Below, one piece after another: positions 1-8,570 of a DNA stretch of 32,000 nt (positions within the stretch are counted from its first letter, which is position 1; each line of letters starts with the position of its first letter). The notes under the pieces were generated by a model that was not told the origin of the DNA, searched no databases, and saw nothing but the letters and a program-made list of their open reading frames with translations. Position numbers and translations under genes: made by a program. Source of the stretch: Methanobacteriota archaeon (lineage in GTDB: Archaea > Halobacteriota > Bog-38 > Methanoflorentales > Methanoflorentaceae); contig CAVRAO010000006.1 in the NCBI GenBank assembly GCA_963719035.1, positions 109,231 to 141,230 of the forward strand, written 5' to 3'.

Positions 1-366
1 AAGCAAAGTCGTCCGCGACTGCGGCGAGTCCAAGTCGTGCTCTTCAAACGAGATGCCGTGTTCTACAAGGGATTTTTTCAGGACAGTACAATTGGGACAG
101 ACGGGCAACGTGTACACGTTCACGGTTTGCTTCGTTTCTGGTGTTATCACAGAAGTCCTTACGGTACTCACTTTTATAAAAGCCTTTCATATTGAGATAT
201 GCCCTTTCATACTGTCCCACTTTGATGCGTCTCGCGCAGTGCCCTTGGCCGAGCATTGCAACTTAGGTATTTGAGGTTGTAAAGAGAACAGGACCTTAAT
301 TAAATCGCGTTTGCCGATTTGCAGCGCTTAAACTGCGCTTGAGACGTGTTGAAACGAACGGGTGAA

Positions 367-885
367 CTATTCGAAGGTTCGCGTCAGCTCGCCTTGCTGC
401 ACAAATTCGTCCAGCTGCCAGATGAATTTGCCCTGTGCAGCGCGATCTTGATAGTCTATAAATATATCCGGTGGGTTCCCTTTGAAGCGTTCATAGGCAC
501 CGCCGGCTCCATAGGTGACGCCGGCGACTTTGTACCCGCTGTTGATCTGGAGGACGTATGCTGAGGCCGCTTTCGTTGAGAAGAAGCGGGTTATCGTGAA
601 GGTCTCTTGATAAGTGGCATTTTTGCTGGCGTTATCTTGTTGCGGATAGGTGTACGCCCACGTGACCTTCGCGGCGGTTGAATTGAGCCACGTGACCCTC
701 CAGGTCGTCAAGTTTTGAGGGTGCTCTTCTTGTATCGTTTGGTGCAGAATATCGAGGTACCCCTCGAGCCTTGAGTCGTGAACGAAGCCTTGTGCGTCAG
801 TGTTTGACGTTTGGGTGCAGCCTGCAACGAGAACTGCTGTAAGCGTGAGGAGGACGATAATGCTGCTCGTGACCATTTGTTTCAT
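367..885 (-). CDS. Secreted putative lipoprotein, unknown function
   Basis: 172-aa ORF with ATG at 885. The N-terminus MKQMVTSSIIVLLTLTAVLVAGC is a signal peptide ending in a lipobox-like VAGC. It lies 52 nt downstream of the large surface-protein gene and is co-oriented with it. Confidence 0.6.
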   Translation of the reverse strand: MKQMVTSSIIVLLTLTAVLVAGCTQTSNTDAQGFVHDSRLEGYLDILHQTIQEEHPQNLTTWRVTWLNSTAAKVTWAYTYPQQDNASKNATYQETFTITRFFSTKAASAYVLQINSGYKVAGVTYGAGGAYERFKGNPPDIFIDYQDRAAQGKFIWQLDEFVQQGELTRTFE

Positions 886-937
886 GAGAGTGCCACGTTA
901 TGACGCATTGATCACGTTAACCTACTACAAGAGCAAA

Positions 938-3900
938 CTACGAGGCGCTGCAGATGTTCGATTCCTCTTTGCCAAAGACAATTATCTGATCAGCTTTGTA
1001 GAGCTTGTACGAATCGTTGCCCGCTTTCACGTTGATGTTAACGAGGCCGTGGTTCACCGGTGAACACCCGCCGCTGGCCCAGTCCTTGGAGGTCATGGTC
1101 GAATTGACCGTCAACGATTCCCCAGGTTGAAGGATGAGCTTCTTGCCCGCAACGTTGCCGACTGACGAAGACTGCTTGCACACAAGCGCCTTGAGTTGTG
1201 TGGCGTTGGTCGTCGAGACTTTGCTCGTCGTTTGGTTTGTGCGGTTATGGCTTGTCAGATACTTGTTCCTGACGGACTTTCCGACGACGCCCGTCGCGTT
1301 AGTTTTGGTTGTCGCTTCGCTTGTCGTCGGTATGTTGAGCGTAGATCCGATGAAATCCAAATGAATGCCAGCGGCGTTGTGCCTCGTGCCGTCGCTCAAC
1401 ACCGTATTAGCGGAAGCCGAGCCGCTACACGTCGTGCAGTTCTGTTCTGCGGCAAATACGAACGGGGCACTCGTGCCAGTCCGGTTAACGTCGCACCCGT
1501 AGAGAGAGATGTAAGGCGAGACTTCTATCGGGATGTCTAACGTATTCTTTATATCCCACTCCATGTGGACCAAGCCGGTGTTGGTGTCGCGCACGAGCCT
1601 GAACCCGTCGCCCTCATAGGTGATGACGCCGTCCGCTTCGTATTTTTCAAGGCCGATTATTTCGTGAGGCGGCGCGGAGTTTGGAGCGATTTGGTATTCG
1701 TCTGTAGGTGTGGGCGTAGGGGCTGGAGCTTCTGGGGTTGGCGTCGGTTCAGGAGTCGGGATTGGAGTTGGTGTCTCTGGGGTTGGCGTTGGTGCAGGTG
1801 GAGGGGCGCTAACCGTGATGCCGTGAGTGACCGAATCGGTCGCGCCGCCGTTGTCGGTAACGGTCAGGGTGACGGTGTAACTACCGGCCGTGTTATACGT
1901 GTGGCTGGGAGACTGTGCCGTTGAAGAGGCCCCGTCGCCAAAGTCCCATCTATATGAAGTAATTGACCCGTCGGAATCAGAAGATGTAGAGCTGAAGGCG
2001 ATTGTGCCACCTGTTTGCACTGAAGTGGGAGAAGCTGTGAAGGCGGCGTTCGGAGCGGCATTTGTCGCGGTGACTGTGACCGTATCTGTACCTGTAACCC
2101 CATGGTCGTCAGTAACCGTGAGGGTGAGTCCATATGATTCGGTTGTGGATGTAGCAGGGGTTTGAAGGGTGGGGGTGGCGGTGTCAGCGCCGGAAAGGGT
2201 GGGGTTACTGCCCGCGGGTTTGGAGGTGATGACCCACGCGTAGGTGAGGGTGTCGTGGTCAGGATCGGTGCCAGAACCGCGGAGGGTTACTGAGGTGCCG
2301 GCGTGAATCGTCTGGGCGGGGCCGGCGTTTGCAGTCGGCGCATGGTCGATGATGACAAGGGTGATAGTGTCGGATCCAGTGGCGCCAGTGGGGTCTTTAA
2401 CGGTGACGGTGACCGGATAGTTGCTGAAATCGGTGGCACTAAAAGTGGCGGACGTGCCGTCGGCGCTGGGGGTGAGCGTTCCTCCTGATGCGACGGGCGC
2501 CCAGGTGTAGGCGAGGGTGTCGCCGTCAGAGTCGGAGGTCGCGGTAGTGAGGGTAATGGTGGCGTCGTTGTGCGCTGTAGCCGCGGGAGACGCAGCGAGC
2601 GTTACAGAGGGTGCCGTGTTTCGTGTGTCGGTTGTGAAGCGGTGGTGAGAGTGACCGGGTTGGCGATCACGTTATCGAGGGAGCCGGGGCCGCTCGTGAG
2701 TGCCCAGGTGTAGGTGAGGACGTCTCCCGCGTCGAGGTCGTGGGCGGCGCCGGTGATCTGGGCGGTTTGTGCCGGCGTGGACGGCTGACTGCGGTGGCGG
2801 TGTCAATTATGGGCGGCTGGTTCACCGGCACGACGACGTCGCCGTAGCCGACGATTTGTCGTTTCCGAAGTTGTCTCTAACAGTCGACTTCACGCTGTAC
2901 ATGCGCATCAGCGAATACGTTGGTCGAAGTGCGCTCGTTGACGTATGCGACTCGCCAAAGTCTGAAAGCACTGGTAGATGAAGCCTCCGTCATTAGGATC
3001 TGTTGAAGTGGACGTGAAGTTGACCTGTTGCCCGGCTTCCGGTGAGGTAGGCTCGTAGGCGAAGTTGGGGATAGGTTTATTCGAATGACCAGCCGCGACA
3101 ACGGTTACCGTTCGAACTGTTGTATCATCAGACCCGCTTCCGTCGCGAACTGTACAGGTAGATAGTGTAGGGACCCGCACTCGTGAAAGTGTGAGTTCTA
3201 GTAGGGTTGGTGCTAAAATTCAGCCAATTGCTTGGTGTGTCGAACCTCAATCCGACGTTGACGATTGGACCGACTGAATCACTCGCATCGAATGTGATCG
3301 GCTGCCCCGCCACCGGCGATATAGGCGTATAAGTGAATTCGGCCAAGAACTGCTGATTGAGCGTGCACGTCAAAGCTAAGGAGCCACGTTTGATCACATG
3401 CGCAATCGGCACCTGTACATGGATATTGTGATTGTGATCATTGAGACGACGCGTTGATGTGTATGTTATAGTGGCAACACCGTTCTCGTCAGTCATCGGA
3501 GGAGTAGTGCCGTAGGGGGTCATCGTTAGGATTGTTGGAAACAAAATAGACCTACATTCTGGAGCCGGAAGCTGGTAGGTAGCGTTAATGACTGTAACGG
3601 AGATTGTGTAAGGCGTATTTATATTTACATCGAGCGTCGGAACGTTGATGACGACTTCATAACCGTAAGGGTCGATAACGACAACCGAAACGGGATTGCT
3701 CGTGAGTTGAGTCCCGTTAATAGAAGTTGACGCCTCGAACGTATATGTACCAGGTGCGTTTTCAGTGACCGTGAGAGATGCGGAGCCACCTGGGCCGGTG
3801 GTTGTGGTTCCTTCGCGACCCGTCAGTGCTCGAAATGCTGACAGCGTGGCCTGATAAGGGGCTGCCGTTGTGATTAACGAGCGCAGCCGTGAGGGCAAAC

Positions 3901-5027
3901 GGCTTCCCAGCAACCACTTTCAAGGGGGCGCTGAGGGTAAGCGCGGGATCCTCTTGCGCCTTAATAGCAGTAGCGGAAGCAGCAGCAGGGGTTATCACAG
4001 GGATGATGCGGACAAGGAGCGGGTCACTGGCATAGCGGCTCGCACCCACCGTGGCGACAGCCTGGAAGGTGACGTTCCCAACCTCCGACTCGGTGCCCGT
4101 GAACGTCGCTGAACCGTCGCTTGCAGTAGTCGCGGTGCCAACCGTGGTGAAGCTATTGCTACCCGTAGCGCGCTGGAAGGTGACTGAAACATTCGTTAAC
4201 GGCGTGCTGTTGTTAACGAGCATCGCGATAAGAGTAAACGATTGGTTAACTGTTGCGTCCGCAGGGCCCGTTAAAGTGAGCACCGGGAGAACTCCGCTGA
4301 CGCCCAATGAGTCGATTATGGTCGATGAATTATTAGACGCCTGAGGGACAGACGCGTTAGACTGTGGTGTCGCCGTGGGAGAACCGCTTGGCGTTGGAGA
4401 GGGTTCCGGTGATGCTGACGGAGAAGGGGATGTCGAAGGTTGTAGTGAAGGCGATAGTGACGGTGTTGGCTGCAGGGCGTGAACGGTAACAATAATCTCA
4501 TTGCTCGTGCGGGTGGTGCCAGCGTCATCGATGCGGGCGGCCCACGTGACGGCGTGTGCTGTTGGATCACTGTGCGAAAATGAGGCGACACCGCTGCCAT
4601 CGGTCGTCGCGGTCCCAATTACGACGCCGTCAGCAGTGAACGTAACGGGCGTGTCAGAGCGGGGATTCCCGATGGCCTCTTTAAGCGTAGCGGTGAACGT
4701 GAAGGACTCATTGACATTCACGTCAGCTGGGCCTTGAAGCGTGAGTATTGGCGGTAAAGATGGGGTCGGAGAAGGCGTGGAAGTTGGAGAAGGCGTGGAA
4801 GTTGGAGAAGGCGTGGAAGTTGGAGAAGCAGAAAGCGAAGGTGACGGTGAGGGTTCTGGAGACGGAGTCGCCGTCGCGAGCGGTGTAGCACTCGCTGATG
4901 CGAGCGGAATAGTGGCCTGCGTGGTGTCTGCCGCACTCGTTTTAACTATGCTAAACGCACCGTTGCCGTAAAGGATCGAAACTAGGAGTACTACAACTAG
5001 TAGTACTGCAGAACCCTTATGTGCCAC
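938..5027 (-). pseudogene. Very large secreted PKD / Ig-like repeat surface protein, reading frame interrupted at least 6 times (pseudogene or indel-laden assembly)
   Basis: GTG start at 5027 preceded by SD-like AGGTGGTGA. Signal peptide MAHKGSAVLLVVVLLVSILYG. Then PT/S-rich linkers and Ig-like repeats (LTLQGPADVNVNESFTFTA, LTLTGPADATVNQSFTLIA). PKD repeats follow (HTFTSAGPYTIYL..TVRDGSGSDD; WDFGDGASSTAQSPSHTYNTAGSYTVTLTVTDNGGATD), plus repeats with D-x-D-x-D-x-LTY-x-W motifs. The C-terminal domain is sequon-rich and ends at TAG 938. Hand translation shows the frame switching at about 3790-3830, 3150-3158, 2965-2975, 2830-2850, 2770-2800 and 2605-2670. The 938-2020 ORF actually stays open upstream to 2671 without a start codon. 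Confidence 0.75.
4768..4829 (-). repeat. Perfect 18-bp tandem repeat x3 plus an 8-bp partial copy (GGAGAAGGCGTGGAAGTT on + strand) encoding the (PTSTPS)n linker
   Basis: Copies at 4768-4785, 4786-4803 and 4804-4821 are identical, and 4822-4829 is a partial copy. They translate on the minus strand to the repeated TSTPSP stretch of the surface-protein linker. Confidence 0.9.
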
Positions 5028-5458
5028 GTCACCACCTACGCGATACGAGTTGCCGTTTGACTACAATATTGCTAACTAACTACAGTCTTGTCGCCACTGT
5101 TAGAGTATAATCAATCTCCTAGGCTCATATATATAAATGACTGTGACAGGTAAATGTGACAATTACATGATAAGCAGTATAGTGCTGCAAAATCTGCAAA
5201 AAACCGTGAGCATCCACTTCCTGAAAGCTGGGCGATACTGAGGCGGCGAATCGAAAAAACAGGGGTTTCTCACTCGTAACAACGAGTTTGATTACATCCC
5301 CTTCTCTTTTATCGAGTCAGCAAAAACCGGAGTAACGTCGATAAGATCCGCTTTGCACAGCGCGCTTCGCTGCGCCGAAGAGATGTCATATCGTCCCGAG
5401 CAAACTTTTTATACTCTCACGAGAGCTATCGATACGAACAATTTTTCAACACCGCTAA

Positions 5459-6987
5459 TCATCCGAAAAACCTAACCAATCAAGTGGGGCTCTCGGACGG
5501 ACGCTAACAACCCGGGGTGATGACATAGCAAAACTGTCCTCCAATTATACCGATGATGATGCATCCTCTGAGCTATTTGCACTAAGTGCCGCTCTTGCGC
5601 ACCGGCGTGCCCGCGACGACGTCGAGCACGGCGAGATCAAAGAGTTCGCACGGACGAAGCTCAAGGAGTACTGGACTGAAGCGCGCCAGGGCCCCCCGAA
5701 TTCATGGACCTTCTACCGTATGGGTTTGGCCTATCTGTACCTCAATAAGCCCTATCCGGCGTTTGCTGCGTGTGCTAAAGCCCTTCAGCTGAGCGGGTCA
5801 GAGCTCGTGCTTGACGCCGCCTATGACGCGCTAAGCGCGCTCGACGAGTGCGAAGAGGGACTTATCGGATGCGAATGGCTGCGCCGATTGCTCCTCATCG
5901 GGGCCGCAGGAAGATTCCAATCAATGAGCGCGCTCGCGCGCGTACAGGTGGTGGCGTCGAACGCACCACCAATTAAACCCCCCGTCACGATTTTCGCGGG
6001 CGGGTGCAGAGCAGACGATCAAGGGTGTCTCTTGATTTATCGCCCACTCGTGCTTCAAGCCTTTAGCACATACACGGGCACGATCATCTCGGGAGGCACA
6101 GCCTCCGGCGTGTGCAGTCTCGCTGGAGACTTGCAAGAAGCGTGGCCAGAGTCCATCCACACAATCGGCTACGTCCCTCGCGATATGACCGAGGTGCCCA
6201 TAGACGATCGCTATCGTGAGATACGATACACACCAGGTGCCGAATTTAGCGCCACAGAGGTCATCCAGGTACTGGTGCGATCTCATCGCTTCCGGCGTGC
6301 CACCGGCACACGTTAAGGTGTTCGGCATCGACGGCGGCTCGATATCAGCGAGCGAATATAAAATGGCGCTCGCCCTCGGCGCTTCCGTTGCTTTGCTACA
6401 TGGAAGCGGACGCGAGGCGAAGAAGATTCTACATAATCGCCAATGGCGGGCCTCACGAGGGCTCATATGTGTTCCCGTCGATCCTTATGTGATCGAGGAA
6501 TTCGCTAAGCCACACCCAGTGCAACTCGACCCAACCGATAGAGAGCGGTTGGCGCGTGTTATACATGAAGAGTATCGGGCCAGTGAACAGGATCTCACAG
6601 CCGGACGATCCCGCTATTGCTTCTTGGGATGAACTTCCGAGCTACCTCAGACACTCGAATCGAGCGCAAGCCGATCGTGTCTGTGAGAAGCTACAGCGCA
6701 TCGGATGCTCTATCGAGAAGTCAGGGAACAAGACGCCGGTGACCGAGTTTACCCCTGAAGAGCTCGACATCATGGCGCAAATGGAGCACGGCCGGTGGGT
6801 AATAGAGCGCCTCGACGGCGGCTGGACGTCTGGACCGCGAAGAGACTTACGGCAGAAGATCAGTCCCTATTTTGTCCCGTGGCCTATGCTGTCAGAGGAC
6901 ATAAAGAACAAAGAGCGCAAGATGGTTCGTAACATACCACAGCTCCTTGCAACGATCGGCTTACAGGTATGCGAGACGCGCGAGTGA
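5459..6987 (+). pseudogene. TPR-like / SLOG (LSDAT_prok-like Rossmannoid) / 2x RyR-domain protein, frameshifted
   Basis: Three overlapping ORFs (5720-6316 frame 2, 6216-6632 frame 0, 6556-6987 frame 1) join into one protein.
- TPR-like segment: SWTFYRMGLAYLYLNKPYPAFAACAKAL.
- SLOG-like core: VTIFAGG..GTIISGGTASGVCSLAGD..IGYVP..(shift)..VKVFGIDGGSISASEYKMALALGASVALLHGSGREA.
- RyR-like unit 1: LARVIHEEYRASEQDL(shift)PDDPAIASWDELPSYLRHSNRAQADRVCEKLQRIG.
- RyR-like unit 2: ELDIMAQMEHGRWVIERLDGGWTSGPRRDLRQKISPYFVPWPMLSEDIKNKERKMVRNIPQLL.
Frame changes lie at about 6266-6272 and 6595-6606. Frame 2 is open from 5459, but there is no ATG/GTG/TTG before 5720. An ATGATGATG at 5553 lies in another frame. 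Confidence 0.65.
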
Positions 6988-7224
6988 TAGTCACATCCAG
7001 AGCGTTTTGCGCGCTGTCACTTGGCAGGTTTGCACGCATCACTTTTTGTACTGGGAGTACGCTAACAAGGCACACGCCATTAAGCCAGGCGCGCGCGCGA
7101 TGATTTTGCTTATCCACAACAGAATGGAGCTCGTTAGTCTGAAGCTGAGAGATCGTGTTCTGTCAAGAGCTGCGTTCGATTGCCGAGCGTTCGCCCGCCG
7201 CGCACAACGGGGAAAGGTGTGATT

Positions 7225-8409
7225 ATGGCGCCGTCATATGCTGAGACGAAAGATCAAAGCGTGGTCAGCGGCGACTATTGCGCCGGGCTTCAGGAACCAA
7301 CAGACGATATGCACGACACCCCCGAGGAGATGGCGCAGTGGGGACCGCTTGCTGCCGCTCTCCAAAGCTGCCAAGACATCGTCGAACCGGCGTATCAGGC
7401 GGCGGATCACACGGCTGTGCACTTCCAGAGACAACATCAGGCCATTACCGTCGCGGCCGCCGTCTTCGGTACCTTCGCTGTCCTTTTTGCGATCCTCCAG
7501 CTGCCCCGAATTATCAGCGGATTTGTCGTATCGATTCCCGTAGCTGAGGGCATCACGGCGGCAATCGCGTTCATAGCGGTCCTGCTCGGCATCTTCACGC
7601 TTCGACAAGTGAGGTGGATGTTCCTCCGCCATAAGGCTGAGCGGTTCAAGTTCCTCAAGTTCCACTTTTTGATTGACCCGCATCTTTGGGGCGCCGACCC
7701 CGACGAACGGGAACGAACGGCGCAATGGCTCAAATACTCGGCTAACAAGATCGCCGAACTGACGAACGAGGAGCTGGAGACCTGGGCAGAGCACGGCATC
7801 CTCCCAGAAGAGTCGGCCAGCTTAGCAGGCAGCAAGGCCGATGCGTACACGTTGTACAAGCTCGTCGATTATTACCTAACCAAACGCTGCAGAAATCAGC
7901 TGAAGTATTTTGAACGCAAGGCCCAGCAGTTTTCAAGCAGGGATCGCTACATTAAGGCGTTGCCTCGCCTTCTGTTCTTTGGGAGCATTTTTGCCGCGCT
8001 GATGCACTTCTCCCTCGACCTTTTCGAAACGTACCTCCTCCCGCACGGGGAGGTGGCGGCTCAGACCGCCGAAGCGGCGACAGAGACTGCACCCCCCATC
8101 AACCTGACCGTGGCTTTGATCCTCGTTGCCGCTTCGCTCCCCGTCATCGGAGCGGGCGTCCGGACGTTCCGATCGGCCTACCAGCTCGCCCGCAACACGA
8201 GCCGCTACAAGGCGGCTTTCGAAGCGATCAAGCTGCCAGCCGAACGACTTGAACTTGATGCCGGACGCCTCTATGGACTCTACGCTGAGGGGCACACGGC
8301 AGTCGACGCCCACGACGTCTTTCGCGACATGTGGCGCTGTGAGCAGATCTTAGAGGCCGAACATCGCGAGTGGTTGCGCTTAATGATGGAAGCCGACTGG
8401 TTTGGCTAG
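7225..8409 (+). CDS. Membrane protein with two SLATT-like (DUF4231-like) 2TM modules
   Basis: ATG at 7225 is preceded by GGAAAGGTG. Module 1 is AYQAADHTAVHFQRQHQ followed by TM AITVAAAVFGTFAVLFAILQL, TM ITAAIAFIAVLLGIFTL and RHKAERFKFLKF. Module 2 is YYLTKRCRNQLKYFERKAQQFSSRDRY followed by TM LPRLLFFGSIFAALMHFSL, TM LTVALILVAASLPVIGAGV and RTFRSAYQLARNTSRYKAA. The pattern of an amphipathic helix, a 2TM hairpin and a basic helix fits SLATT as I remember it. Confidence 0.6.
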   Translation: MAPSYAETKDQSVVSGDYCAGLQEPTDDMHDTPEEMAQWGPLAAALQSCQDIVEPAYQAADHTAVHFQRQHQAITVAAAVFGTFAVLFAILQLPRIISGFVVSIPVAEGITAAIAFIAVLLGIFTLRQVRWMFLRHKAERFKFLKFHFLIDPHLWGADPDERERTAQWLKYSANKIAELTNEELETWAEHGILPEESASLAGSKADAYTLYKLVDYYLTKRCRNQLKYFERKAQQFSSRDRYIKALPRLLFFGSIFAALMHFSLDLFETYLLPHGEVAAQTAEAATETAPPINLTVALILVAASLPVIGAGVRTFRSAYQLARNTSRYKAAFEAIKLPAERLELDAGRLYGLYAEGHTAVDAHDVFRDMWRCEQILEAEHREWLRLMMEADWFG

Positions 8410-8570
8410 TCCAGAAAAAAGCGCTTAGAAGAACGAAAAACGTCAAAAGGCGCTCTGTGGCGGCGGAATCGCCGATCGCGCATACAGCCGAAAAGCTTAA
8501 TATAAGAAGCGATCAACAAGCTTGAACAATTGTTTGTCACTAACTGCCACGGTATGTAAACTGGTGTACC

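Noticed and set aside
44-274. Overlapping ORFs on both strands at the left edge (44-256 minus, 53-274 plus)
   Set aside because: Neither translation shows a recognisable domain or clear start signals, and I cannot decide between the strands. I left the region unannotated.
1134-4971. Many plus-strand ORFs (e.g. 1196-1540, 1565-1924, 1890-2165, 4051-4344, 4741-4971) opposite the surface-protein gene
   Set aside because: Their composition is Arg/Gly/Val/Trp-rich and not protein-like. The minus strand carries recognisable signal-peptide, PKD and Ig repeats throughout.
5921-6466. 181-aa minus-strand ORF antisense to the SLOG region, and similar antisense ORFs (7234-7794, 7437-7859, 7933-8313) in the SLATT gene
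   Set aside because: No motifs and Arg/Cys/Ser-rich translations. The sense strand has coherent domain and TM architecture.
7088-7099. Alternating GC tracts GGCGCGCGCGCG (7088-7099) and GGCGCGCGCGCC (9608-9619) flanking the SLATT and TIR genes, which could be boundary repeats
   Set aside because: They are short and low in complexity, with no flanking similarity and no target-site-duplication-like structure. This is insufficient to call repeat borders of a mobile element.
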